A DNA stretch of 60,658 nt. Source: a virus. Its lineage: Duplodnaviria; Caudoviricetes. The stretch's first letter is position 1, and every line of letters begins with the position of its first letter. A program made the position numbers and the translations under genes. The notes beneath the pieces were generated by a model. It saw only the letters and a list, made by a program, of their open reading frames with translations, did not search any database and was not told where the DNA came from. Location: IMG/VR virus record IMGVR_UViG_3300030103_001846, positions 1-60,658 of that record, one strand, 5' to 3'. Positions 10,901-20,010 of this stretch are shown one piece after another.

Positions 10901-11164
10901 TTGATTAAGGTCTTCTGGAGGTAATTGTTCTTTAGGTTCTAAAACTTGTTTTAATTGTGTTCTTTTTTGAACATCTTGTAATATATTACGAAGTTTTTCA
11001 CCAACTTCATCGTCTCTTTCTAAAAACTTTTGTCTAGTTTCAGCATCTAACTTTTGATAAGTATTTATAAATTCAATATCTTCATTAGATAATAAACTAG
11101 CTGTATCATCACCTAATTTAAAATTTAAAATATTATCAGATGATTCTGTTATAGGGTCAATCAT
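7955..11164 (-). CDS. Large putative internal virion/ejection protein
   Basis: 1069-aa helical ORF at the end of the structural module (positional inference). Confidence 0.6.
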   Translation of the reverse strand: MIDPITESSDNILNFKLGDDTASLLSNEDIEFINTYQKLDAETRQKFLERDDEVGEKLRNILQDVQKRTQLKQVLEPKEQLPPEDLNQGFQVGAAKTLQGMGELLGSGSQKLRDITPEFLKPFNTPATFTSILSKGYSKAGELLDPTGERKRYQDLGIDPFDGFNIGERAYLGVGATRNYTVDDVQTTLTKTRGQEPYFVGHIIAGDKNSPIVFQMNENDTPQTINTPGFTVEDLAEFGVQDAAPLIPEIATSIVLKNRFFGKGELLEGRGKKAAAFTKTQVAPAFLINGLYEYIRLAVGKEKLGLNKDKTYTDLAQDAGLIAGLAGAGEGVFGVVSTGLRSLHGFLSEGKVPNEILNDLNNIVKTAGLKISREEVIDEAPAGFKPTFGQRTKDADLLELESVFLGSSITNKEVRQRYLSQLEDNNRAIADYVKNLLTVEGNTLSSREILEKIAPEIQTLSRDRINLLEGVINKELQEELTRARNIRGAYNQQRGNAFEVGRTLFGREAVDPTQTKIPGTFDNYIFDTARSFKEEVDNVYNNVLNPAINNIPAKPENFREVLLKLDKANNKGAANLIASLANPNLRRELGLEGDAFGDFLLRLGDRNSKGQFKNAADGMKIGELRSTKEGLDYLIKNTDSPSTKASLLKLGEAIQNDIDKALGANKFDSPITIEGQLFDNPLSAKNYVDNLYQQANENFRSQVLQDFRTGRFDYASFFDYLARQDGKSYQSMGAIDEIFQILDKGSQDFIPAFREGVFERLRNATENITDKGQAKKIVKDFFEDNSALANRIFTPDEIRKIKGNFNRSLGLEIAAREKADLARGTLKAQFGDLIKDDTAEVGNLVYRLLIDSPDKIPTVKKRELINIIKDNPVLEKEVQNFLMKDLSEKLTIKDTFYGNTFNPATLNKLTKDVNFNKTYGDFLGREYVTNLKLINNFINLQERALGNSFRGEGLDLAINKGTARDIINFYGKQYSEGQQLAQFILGPLNKYSVKFRIASSDSLARGFDTVTKLVENPVLLNEFVKNRFKRTSKIRRDSILGGFLAKQFFAEDEPEKLTTEEITLLPKQR

Positions 11165-12925
11165 CTATGGCTTTCTCATAATTAAATCAGTAAAAATTTT
11201 TTCTATTTCTTCCTCTGTAAGAGGGGGATTATTGTCTGTGCCTGAGTCAGCAGTATTAGGGTTTATAAATGATTTATAATCAAAACTAGAGTCTAATAAT
11301 TGTGTTTCTAATAAATCTGGATGAGTTAAATTTATAATATTCATAACAGATCTTGTAGTATTAGGTTTATCTTCTACTAACATTTTAAAAGGATCTTTAA
11401 AACCTATTTCAACTGCTTCTTTAGAATATGGTTTTTTGTCTACGCCTTCTACATAAGTTTCTCTTAAACGTTTACCTCTTTTTTCTAAATTAGCAGTAGT
11501 GCTTAATACAAAACTTGACATTAACCTTATAGCACCGTTTACATCAGAAACTTCACCACCAACAATATTTAACATATTTACAATATCTTTATCAGAAAGT
11601 GATCTACCTTCTTGACCATTAATCATCGCTGCCTGATACGCCATTTGTAATAAAATAGATTTATATTGTGAATCTTTAGCTTTATCATCAGATAGTCTAC
11701 CAAACCTATCCCAATTAAATTTATTTCCATCTGCTCCTACTATGCCATTTAATTTATTAGGGTCATCAAAGACTTCTCTCATTCGTTCAGTTGAAGCAGC
11801 GTTTTGTGCTTTTAATTCATCTACTGATATTCCTATATTTTTTGCTAAACTAGATACTTGTTCATCGCCTAATAATAAATTAGACATTTCATTTATTTGT
11901 TGATTACCAGATACAACAAGCCCTTTTACAGCTTGAGCTAAACCAAATTGATCTGTTGCAGCAGGAACTATTTCACCTAATAAACTTAAACCAGAATTAG
12001 CTAAACCATATAATGCGTCTAATGCTAATAATCTTTCACTGTATTTATCTACTCTTTTATCAAATGCTGTTTGACTTCCAGATTGTCTATCTAAATCAAA
12101 AGCACTACGTAAATTTAACCTATCTTTATCCCATGATTCAGCTTGGGGGTCTAATGGTCTATATACATTACCTTGATAGAATATTTGATCTCCACTCATT
12201 TGATCTTGAGTTAAAGGTTCACCTTTTTCATTTGTTGCTAAAGCAAATACCTCATCAGTTTCGAAACCTTTACCGTCTCTAATTTTTCTTATTACACCAC
12301 CAGTTTCTTCACCGGTTGACCTATTTATAGTAAATACAGGTTCTAATTTAGGTGTAAAAGAGTCTCCTTCTTCTAAGAAATCATCTAATAATTTACCATA
12401 AATAGTTTTTCTAGTATCTTGTTTTGTAGCCATTAGTTCTGCTTCGGCTTTAGCTTCTTTTCCTCTTTGAGCTAAAAAGCCTCTTTGAAACTCTGGACTT
12501 TGTCCTGCTGCTATTAACCTTAATACAGTATCTTTTACAAAACCACGGTCTTGACCAGTAGTTTGTGGGTATAACTCATTAGTTAATAAATTAGCTATAT
12601 CGTCTATATTACCTAAATTAATTTCATCTTTATCAAAATTACTTAAAAGGCTACTAATAGGACTTCGCCCACCACCACCTTGAGAAATTAAATCATCTAA
12701 TCTATTAGCTGAACCGCCTGTAGGTATATTAGCTGTAGGTAAATTTGCTCTAGGTATATTATTAACCATAGATACACCACCTGCTTGCGGTGCATCAACT
12801 CCGGGAAGATTAACATCTTTAAGGGTAGTTATACCACCACCGGGAGTGGTGCCACGTCTATACATATCTAACGGATATAAACCTCCGCTTTGAGCTATCA
12901 TTCTTTCTAAATCTTGTAAATTCAT
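11165..12925 (-). CDS. Putative internal virion/ejection protein
   Basis: 586-aa ORF in the ejection-protein block; GRSLSDKD motif. Confidence 0.55.
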   Translation of the reverse strand: MNLQDLERMIAQSGGLYPLDMYRRGTTPGGGITTLKDVNLPGVDAPQAGGVSMVNNIPRANLPTANIPTGGSANRLDDLISQGGGGRSPISSLLSNFDKDEINLGNIDDIANLLTNELYPQTTGQDRGFVKDTVLRLIAAGQSPEFQRGFLAQRGKEAKAEAELMATKQDTRKTIYGKLLDDFLEEGDSFTPKLEPVFTINRSTGEETGGVIRKIRDGKGFETDEVFALATNEKGEPLTQDQMSGDQIFYQGNVYRPLDPQAESWDKDRLNLRSAFDLDRQSGSQTAFDKRVDKYSERLLALDALYGLANSGLSLLGEIVPAATDQFGLAQAVKGLVVSGNQQINEMSNLLLGDEQVSSLAKNIGISVDELKAQNAASTERMREVFDDPNKLNGIVGADGNKFNWDRFGRLSDDKAKDSQYKSILLQMAYQAAMINGQEGRSLSDKDIVNMLNIVGGEVSDVNGAIRLMSSFVLSTTANLEKRGKRLRETYVEGVDKKPYSKEAVEIGFKDPFKMLVEDKPNTTRSVMNIINLTHPDLLETQLLDSSFDYKSFINPNTADSGTDNNPPLTEEEIEKIFTDLIMRKP

Positions 12926-12926
12926 T

Positions 12927-14381
12927 TTATATTGAACCTAATCCTGCACCCATACTCATATCAAACTGATTACCTATTGGTATTACAGATGTTGTAGAAC
13001 CTGCTAATGGTGCAAGCCCACCAAATATTCCTGCTACATTAGCAATAGTTTGCATAGGTAAATTATATTGACCAACAAAGTTTTGATAATCTAAATCAAG
13101 ACCTGTTTGTTGCATACCTCTTTGTGTACCACCTATATTACCTAATAATTGAACATCTCCTCTTTGTAGAGCAGGTAGCTGTCTACCTATATTAAGTTGT
13201 TGTGTACCTAATTGTCCTAATCCTTGTCCTAAACTTGAACCTAAAGCACCTGTATAACGTCCTGCACCTAAACCTAAAGTTCCAAGTTGTGAACCTAGCT
13301 GACCGATACCTAGACCTACTTGTCGACCTGCAGTTCCTGCAGCTTGTCCTAATCTACCTAGTTGTTGTGCTAATTGTGATTGTTGAGCACCACCTAATTG
13401 TGTAGCACCTAATAAACCTTGTAATCCAGCTTGTTGTCCGGCTAGTGTTTGTTGTCCTAATGCACCAGTTTGTCCTGCTAATTGTGATAATAATCTAGCT
13501 TGATTTGCTTGTCTAGCTTGTTGTGCTTCAAATGCTTGTTGTGCAGCATTTTGTGCTAAACCAAACCCTTGTGCTCTTATCCCACCTACTGCTTCTGCTG
13601 CTCCACGACCTGCACGTCTAGCTAATTCTTCAGAAGCTAATCTACCTCTAGCTCCACCAAAAGCACCACTTCTAACTTGTTGTGCTCTATTAGCTATATC
13701 TGATGTAGCTAAACCTTCGCCAACATCACGTAATGTTTGTTGTACAACAGCGTCTTCAAAAGGATTAAAGAAAGCACTTGTTGATCTAGGATCAAAACCT
13801 CTTGTAGATAAAAGACCTGCAAGACCTGCTTGACCTAGTCCCCCTAATGCAGAAGAAATAAATGGAGCTTGACTTCCTGCAAGACCTCTAAAGCCCATCT
13901 GTGCTTCACTTACCCCTCGACCTACGTCACCTGCTCCCATACGAGCTGCTTCTTCTGCCTGTCTATATAAATCTAATTCAGGAGCTAATGAACCTTCTAA
14001 CCTTGATACACCTCTACCTGCTAAATCTGTTGCTTGTGCTAAACCAGAAGCAATTTGTTCTCTACCAGTTTGTCCGCTACGCATTAATTCTTGTGCAGCT
14101 TGTTCTGTTAAAGACGCACTTCTATCTAAAAAAGGTCTATATGAACCTATAGCTTGTTCACCTAATTCGAAAGCTCGTCTTTCTTGCGGTGTAAAGTCAG
14201 CTATACGTTGTCCTGTATATGTAAAAGGATTAGTATCTGGTAAACCTAGTTGTGAGAACTGATTAACTAATTGTTGATTTAATAAAGGAAATAATCCGGG
14301 AATACCTGCTCCGCCACCTGCAATCATATCTTGTACGATTCTGTTAGGGGCTAATATTTGTTGTTGTGATTCTACTGCCAT
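12927..14381 (-). CDS. Putative DNA ejection/pilot protein (Gln/Gly/Ala-rich)
   Basis: YTGQRIADFTP, FFNPFEDAVVQQ and GAFGGARG motifs typical of podovirus ejection proteins. Confidence 0.65.
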   Translation of the reverse strand: MAVESQQQILAPNRIVQDMIAGGGAGIPGLFPLLNQQLVNQFSQLGLPDTNPFTYTGQRIADFTPQERRAFELGEQAIGSYRPFLDRSASLTEQAAQELMRSGQTGREQIASGLAQATDLAGRGVSRLEGSLAPELDLYRQAEEAARMGAGDVGRGVSEAQMGFRGLAGSQAPFISSALGGLGQAGLAGLLSTRGFDPRSTSAFFNPFEDAVVQQTLRDVGEGLATSDIANRAQQVRSGAFGGARGRLASEELARRAGRGAAEAVGGIRAQGFGLAQNAAQQAFEAQQARQANQARLLSQLAGQTGALGQQTLAGQQAGLQGLLGATQLGGAQQSQLAQQLGRLGQAAGTAGRQVGLGIGQLGSQLGTLGLGAGRYTGALGSSLGQGLGQLGTQQLNIGRQLPALQRGDVQLLGNIGGTQRGMQQTGLDLDYQNFVGQYNLPMQTIANVAGIFGGLAPLAGSTTSVIPIGNQFDMSMGAGLGSI

Positions 14382-15412
14382 TATACTAATTTTGTCCTTA
14401 TTTGTTCTAGGTTAGCTATGCCTTGTTCGTAATCTCCGCCACCTAAATAATCTACCATAACTTTCGGTAAAACATATTCTTGGTCGCTTAAGTATACAGG
14501 AATATCATCGCTTGTTGGTGTGCCGGGACCTCTTATTTCTCCGTCTGGTCTAACCATCATAGCATCAAGTTTAGGTCCTCCATCTTTATAACCTATTTTC
14601 CCACCGAACATTGCTCTATTTGCTCCTACGAAATTTTTTAAATTTGGAAACTGTGGTGTATTAACTACTGAACCTTGTATATAAGGGTTATTTTGTAAAG
14701 GGTTTACTCCCGGTCTAAGACCTTGATCAGCAAAACTAAACCTACCTTGAGTTCCATATGGGTCTTTACCATAAATAGCTTCGACTAATTTAGGAAATAT
14801 TAATTGTGTTCCAAGTTGAGTTGTGAGAGGATTTTCTTTAGCAAATTCTTCTAAACTACCTATACCTCCTTTAATTCTATCTAATACAGTTTTATCTCCT
14901 GCTAGGTCAGCAGTTTTACTTGCAACCATCTCTCTTCTACCTTCATAAAATTTAGGAGGACTTAAAGAATTACCTTTAGGATCAACAAATTTCCTTGTCT
15001 TTTTATCAAAAGTTGCATTAGAAAAATCGAACCCTTGATTACCTATACCTAATAAACTACCTAAAGTCGAATCACCAACATTAGCAAAAGCTGAACTAAA
15101 TGCTTGTCCGGGATTTGAAAAAGTAGCCCTAAACCCTTGACCCTGTGCACCAAAGCCACCGGCTAGACCAGCAGCAAGTAACATATTTTGTGCATAATTA
15201 TCACTAGCAGAAGTTTTCGTTCCAATACCAGCACCGATTGCAGCACCGGGAGCTCCACCTATAACACCGCCTATGATAGCCCCGATTGCAGGACCTAATT
15301 TTTTAAATGCTTTTCTAAGTTCACCACCTATTCCATACTCAGGTGCAGACTCAAAATCTTTTTCTACCATATTAGATAAAGAACCTATTCCTTGTTTTTC
15401 TAACATTTCCAT
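14381..15412 (-). CDS. Putative internal virion protein
   Basis: Glycine-zipper N-terminus; C-terminal GPGTPTSDDIPVYLSDQEYV motif. Confidence 0.6.
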   Translation of the reverse strand: MEMLEKQGIGSLSNMVEKDFESAPEYGIGGELRKAFKKLGPAIGAIIGGVIGGAPGAAIGAGIGTKTSASDNYAQNMLLAAGLAGGFGAQGQGFRATFSNPGQAFSSAFANVGDSTLGSLLGIGNQGFDFSNATFDKKTRKFVDPKGNSLSPPKFYEGRREMVASKTADLAGDKTVLDRIKGGIGSLEEFAKENPLTTQLGTQLIFPKLVEAIYGKDPYGTQGRFSFADQGLRPGVNPLQNNPYIQGSVVNTPQFPNLKNFVGANRAMFGGKIGYKDGGPKLDAMMVRPDGEIRGPGTPTSDDIPVYLSDQEYVLPKVMVDYLGGGDYEQGIANLEQIRTKLV

Positions 15413-15702
15413 CTTCTTCTAGCCTGTCTTAATCTTGAATTAGGATTTTTTGCCGCTTTTGGGAATTTTTTCATTTGTCCTGCACTTCTTGCACAATAAG
15501 ATTTCCTACGTTTTGCAGCTTTACTGCCTTTTTTAACTTTTCCAGTTACTGCAGTTTTTAATTTAGATCCGGGATTTTTACGTCTATAAGCTTTTACACC
15601 TTTAGCAGTCATTCCTGCTCCACTTTTAGTAGGTCTGTAATTAGCCCCTTTGCCTTTAGTAGTGCGTCGTATAGATTTTTCTTTACGTTTTGCTTTAGCC
15701 AT
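15400..15702 (-). CDS. Small highly basic phage protein
   Basis: K/R-rich; RRKSYCARS...SRLRQARRRWKC. Confidence 0.8.
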   Translation of the reverse strand: MAKAKRKEKSIRRTTKGKGANYRPTKSGAGMTAKGVKAYRRKNPGSKLKTAVTGKVKKGSKAAKRRKSYCARSAGQMKKFPKAAKNPNSRLRQARRRWKC

Positions 15703-15811
15703 AAACTCCCTGCATACAAATCCTTATGTAATCTATAAATAGATGCAGGTAGTCTTATTGACTCCTGAATACTTTATATCATAGCTATTATTATTAATAA
15801 GATAAAGTTTT

Positions 15812-16123
15812 TTAACTTATAGTAACAGTCACTGAGCCGACAGCTGAAGTAGCAGTTCCTACAATACATTTAACTGTAAAAGGTGTAGAAAGGTTTACAA
15901 ACTCAAACCCATCCCATAGTTGTAAAGTATTTTCTGAAGTATTAAAAATTACAGTGCCAGTATTAAAATTTTGTTTATCTCTATCCGCAGTATTTACTTG
16001 ATAAGTATTTAATATATCTACTTGCCCTAAATTAAGTTCAAGTATTCTAATTAATTTATTAAATAATTCTGGACTTACTTCATCTACTGCAAAAGGCAAA
16101 TTAGTCGGTAATAATTTAGCCAT
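15812..16123 (-). CDS. Hypothetical tail-associated protein
   Basis: 103-aa ORF coupled to the upstream tail gene; GTVIFNTSENTLQLWDG. Confidence 0.7.
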   Translation of the reverse strand: MAKLLPTNLPFAVDEVSPELFNKLIRILELNLGQVDILNTYQVNTADRDKQNFNTGTVIFNTSENTLQLWDGFEFVNLSTPFTVKCIVGTATSAVGSVTVTIS

Positions 16124-17994
16124 TACCTTCTACCGTCTTGCCTTACATCTACTCTTGTAGCTCCTAATCTCCAACCTGTGCCTGTATTAGCAGGTGCGTT
16201 ATCATCATCTGATTCTACTCTAAATACAAACTGTCTACCCCTAGCTCTTATATGTTTTTGAGTTGTAGTAGAAGTAATTTCACTAGTATTAGCAGTAGCT
16301 AAGTCCTCATTAGGAAAGTTTCTAACTTTAGTAACCATATTTAATTGACCTCCACCAGAATTAGATAAAAACTTAACATCAGGTATAAGCCTATTTATAA
16401 ACGAAAACGTATCGCCCTCACCAATATCAATATCAGAACTTTCTATAAACACACCTGTCATAGGTTGACCATCATCATCAAAACCAGTTTCATGTTGATA
16501 AATATAATTATTAGCACTAGCTTGTGGGAAATTTTCTACCCCCTCGTCTAACCATGAAGTTCTAATAAGTTGTCCATATGTCCAAGTATCTTCTTCATAG
16601 TTATATATTACATATCTATCTATTTCATCAGACGAAGCAGAAGGATAAAACCATCCGACTTCATTTTTATTGTTTATAGTAAAAGCAAATATTTTATAAG
16701 CCTGACCTCTGTTAATATCACTAAATACATAATTTTGCACTGTGCACCTTACTTTATTAACAGCTCCTGTATAAGCATAAAAGTTTTCATACCCCATCCA
16801 TAAAACAGCTTTCGGTGTAGTAATAGCAGCTTTTGGAGCCATTAAACCAGAATTTTCATTTATTAAATTAATTCCAAAAGTAAAAGGAGGTCCAATAAAT
16901 TGCATAGAATATAATGAGGTATCTGTCCATACTAATATTTCTTGACGGGCTTTTACACCTCCAACAATTAAAGAACCAGAAGATAATCTTAAACTTCCTG
17001 CTGTATTAGTAGTTAAAGGTTTAAATACTGCAGGATTTTCTTGATCACTAAAAGTTATTAACATAGGGTCTATAGACCCTGTTCTAGCATCCTCATCAGC
17101 ATTTAAGGGATCAGAACCTAAAACTATTAAATGTCTATCAGTTTCTGAAGTTAAAACTTGTAAAGCTTTTGTAGGTGCTAAATTAGCTCCTGATAATGAT
17201 GATAAAGCTACCGCTCTAGTACTTAAACCATTAGTTTGATCCCAATAAAAAATTCCACCACCTCTAGGGTTTATAACTAAATCTTCACCAAAATTATCAT
17301 GTGTCCAAAGTCTAAGTTGATTAGATGCAGATATAGGTGAAGTAGAACCCCATCCTCCATCACCCCAAGTATTTACTCCCCAACCACTAGAGGCTACGAA
17401 CACATCTAAACCAGTATTAATCTGATAAGCCCCTACAACAGATCCCCCACCATTACCTGTATCACTAGAATTAGCAGTAACAGTAACTCCACTAGTATTT
17501 TTAGCTTCTATTGTGTAAGAGTTTGCATTTACAATAGTTGCTATTTGATATTCTTGATTTAATACAGCAGAATTTATATTACCGCCTAAAGAAGAAGCAC
17601 CAGAAAAAGTAACGAAATCATTTTTTACTGCTCCGTGTGCAGTATCTGTTACTGTTATTGTAGCGTCTGAATTAGTTGCAGAAAAAGTTACATCACCTGC
17701 TGCAGTTGTTGATCTTATAGGTGTTATATCGTTGTAAGAAGAACCTTCTAAAATATAATATTTTAAATTAGTTCCTATACCTAATAATTTTGTGCTACTT
17801 AAAGTAACCCAATTATGTAAAGCTCTTGCTGTGCCTAAAAAAGTATTAGCTGTTAATTTTAACCAACCACCAAATTTTTCTGGTCTACCTTTTCTAAAAC
17901 GAACTAAATTAACATCAAACCAACCACCTTCATTATCATAGTCAGTGCCTTCTCTATTTATTCCCGGTCTAAATATTAATTTTTGTAACGCCAT
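16123..17994 (-). CDS. Tail nozzle / DNA stabilization protein (P22 gp10-like)
   Basis: 623-aa beta-rich protein; NLVRFRKGRPEKFGGW start and WRLGATRVDVRQDGRR end. Confidence 0.7.
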   Translation of the reverse strand: MALQKLIFRPGINREGTDYDNEGGWFDVNLVRFRKGRPEKFGGWLKLTANTFLGTARALHNWVTLSSTKLLGIGTNLKYYILEGSSYNDITPIRSTTAAGDVTFSATNSDATITVTDTAHGAVKNDFVTFSGASSLGGNINSAVLNQEYQIATIVNANSYTIEAKNTSGVTVTANSSDTGNGGGSVVGAYQINTGLDVFVASSGWGVNTWGDGGWGSTSPISASNQLRLWTHDNFGEDLVINPRGGGIFYWDQTNGLSTRAVALSSLSGANLAPTKALQVLTSETDRHLIVLGSDPLNADEDARTGSIDPMLITFSDQENPAVFKPLTTNTAGSLRLSSGSLIVGGVKARQEILVWTDTSLYSMQFIGPPFTFGINLINENSGLMAPKAAITTPKAVLWMGYENFYAYTGAVNKVRCTVQNYVFSDINRGQAYKIFAFTINNKNEVGWFYPSASSDEIDRYVIYNYEEDTWTYGQLIRTSWLDEGVENFPQASANNYIYQHETGFDDDGQPMTGVFIESSDIDIGEGDTFSFINRLIPDVKFLSNSGGGQLNMVTKVRNFPNEDLATANTSEITSTTTQKHIRARGRQFVFRVESDDDNAPANTGTGWRLGATRVDVRQDGRR

Positions 17995-18438
17995 TTACAC
18001 CTCAGTCCAATCTTTACCTTCAAATAATAAAGCTTCTGCTTCCCTACGTCTTACTAAACCTTGTAAAACCTTACCTCCTGCTTTATTCCAACGTTTAATT
18101 TGATGAGGCACTTCATTAAAATCTTTATCATTCAGAACTTTTAACATAGTGCTTTCATTTAAATTTGTTGGACCTAAATTATACGTCCATGATACCAAAG
18201 CATCAAACTCATTTTGTTTTAAATCAATCTTGACTGCTTTTTCAACATGTTCGCAATACTCATCTAATTCATTAAGCAACATATTGTCAGCTTGTTCTTT
18301 AGAAATAGTCATACCTTCTCTAACGTTTTTTGTATGACCATATCCTATAGTCCAGACTCCAACTGCGTCCTTGTATGCCTCTAACTCACAACCCTCAAAC
18401 TTTTTTATTAAATTAATACCTTCACTTGATATATGCAT
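17995..18438 (-). CDS. Endolysin, GH24 lysozyme
   Basis: IKKFEGCELEAYKDAVGVWTIGYGHT (E-x8-D-x5-T) and GLVRRREAE; start revised to MHISSEG. Confidence 0.95.
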   Translation of the reverse strand: MHISSEGINLIKKFEGCELEAYKDAVGVWTIGYGHTKNVREGMTISKEQADNMLLNELDEYCEHVEKAVKIDLKQNEFDALVSWTYNLGPTNLNESTMLKVLNDKDFNEVPHQIKRWNKAGGKVLQGLVRRREAEALLFEGKDWTEV

Positions 18439-18439
18439 A

Positions 18440-18820
18440 TTAATAGTCCCCCCATACTTTAGTTTTTTTACCGCCATCATATTTAACTGCATGACCTTCA
18501 TTGATAAGCATTTCGCAAATATCCTCATCATTTTCTGTATAAGGGATTGCAAGTATTCTGCCATATTTGCCTTTGCCAAATGATTTAATAGTTATAGACC
18601 CAATACATAATTCTTTTAGTCTATCTTTTGCTGCAAGCCCTAATTTTTTCTCTGCTAAATCACGAGTCCTTGACTCAGGTGTGTCTATGCCTGCCAACCT
18701 GCAGCGTTGTTTATACAAGCGGACATCAAATCCTAAGTCAAGGGTAACATCAATAGTATCCCCATCAACCACTCTTTCGATAGTTGCTTTATACACATAT
18801 GGTTCTGGTTTACTACTCAT
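18440..18820 (-). CDS. Thermonuclease (SNase-like)
   Basis: RVVDGDTIDV, RLAGIDTPE and GKYGRILA motifs. Confidence 0.92.
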   Translation of the reverse strand: MSSKPEPYVYKATIERVVDGDTIDVTLDLGFDVRLYKQRCRLAGIDTPESRTRDLAEKKLGLAAKDRLKELCIGSITIKSFGKGKYGRILAIPYTENDEDICEMLINEGHAVKYDGGKKTKVWGDY

Positions 18821-19193
18821 TATCTTTAGTTGTTACTTTTCTATAATATACAACAACATCTTTTAATTCTGTAATATATCTTTTTATCTCTTGCATATTG
18901 TATGCCATAATCTCATAATCCGGTATTGTCATAGCTAAGAACACTAATTCACCCTCTTGCTTTTCTATTTTTGCAAGTTGTTCTTCCCAATTTTCTGGTG
19001 TTACTGCAATCCATTGTAATTCTTGAAGATTTATTTCTCTTGGCATAATAGGTTGCACTATCTGCCTTTCAATAGGCTTTGCACTAACCTGTATTTGTTT
19101 AGTTGGTAGTAGACTGCAACTGTAAGCCATCATCAAGACTATCAACAGTAATGCTGATTTTCTCGATGTCTTCCATAATATGTTTTGTGCCAT
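18813..19193 (-). CDS. Putative o-spanin lipoprotein
   Basis: Hydrophobic stretch plus lipobox-like AYSC; overlaps the 3' end of the coiled-coil membrane gene. Confidence 0.65.
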   Translation of the reverse strand: MAQNILWKTSRKSALLLIVLMMAYSCSLLPTKQIQVSAKPIERQIVQPIMPREINLQELQWIAVTPENWEEQLAKIEKQEGELVFLAMTIPDYEIMAYNMQEIKRYITELKDVVVYYRKVTTKDNE

Positions 19194-19494
19194 TATTTAT
19201 CTTCCTTTCCATTTCTATAGGGTTAGCTAATATTTTAGAAGCTAATTCATAATTTTGTATAAATTGTGTATATCTATTTAATTCTCTTTGAGCTATTTGA
19301 CTTTTGATACTTAGATCTTGAAGTTGTTGGGTTTGTAATTCAAAATCTGCCTGCAAGCTTTTGATGGTTTCTTCTTGTGTAGATACAGCACCTTCTAAAA
19401 CTGCGTTATTAGTTTGAAGTATTTGGTTTTGGCTATACAAATAATAAGAAACTGCAAGCAAAACTAAAACTATACCTAATAAAACTTTACTCAT
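19099..19494 (-). CDS. Putative i-spanin
   Basis: N-terminal TM (MSKVLLGIVLVLLAVSYYLY) plus coiled coil; start revised. Confidence 0.65.
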   Translation of the reverse strand: MSKVLLGIVLVLLAVSYYLYSQNQILQTNNAVLEGAVSTQEETIKSLQADFELQTQQLQDLSIKSQIAQRELNRYTQFIQNYELASKILANPIEMERKINNGTKHIMEDIEKISITVDSLDDGLQLQSTTN

Positions 19495-19690
19495 TACCCA
19501 TACACCAATTCCAAGCATCGTGATCGTGGTATAAAAATGCCTCACATTTTTTATATTTTTCTCGCCATTTATCAGAGTCAAACTTATCGTTCCACTCTAA
19601 GCTAGAATCTTTTGCTATAGGTATAAATTTAGATGGTGTTGAACAACCTATACAAAATATACTAACCAGCAAGAGGGTTTTTATTTTCAT
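19487..19690 (-). CDS. Small lipoprotein
   Basis: Signal peptide MKIKTLLLVSIFCIGC. Confidence 0.6.
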   Translation of the reverse strand: MKIKTLLLVSIFCIGCSTPSKFIPIAKDSSLEWNDKFDSDKWREKYKKCEAFLYHDHDAWNWCMGNE

Positions 19691-20009
19691 TTTCTATATC
19701 CTCTATTTTTTCTTCTAAACTTTTTAAACTGGCTTTTATTGTGGCTATGTCAGTTTTTATTTCCGTAACGTCGGGGATAGATATATTATCTAATTCTTTT
19801 TCAAGAAAATCTACTGACGTTTCTATGCTTGCAAAACGTTCTTCAATAATTTTTTGTGCGTCTTTAGTGTCTCCTATTCCACCTATTTTAGCTTCTAGGT
19901 TGTCAATTCTATTAACATACTGTGCACCAGTCCATCCGAATCCCGCTAAAGTAGAAACTATCCCTACTAGAGCTATTAATTGTGTTGTTTTACTCTGTAA
20001 CCAATCCAT
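19662..20009 (-). CDS. Membrane-anchored coiled-coil protein
   Basis: GGAG RBS before MDWLQSK; one TM; ends NPLAG. Confidence 0.7.
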   Translation of the reverse strand: MDWLQSKTTQLIALVGIVSTLAGFGWTGAQYVNRIDNLEAKIGGIGDTKDAQKIIEERFASIETSVDFLEKELDNISIPDVTEIKTDIATIKASLKSLEEKIEDIENENKNPLAG

Positions 20010-20010
20010 T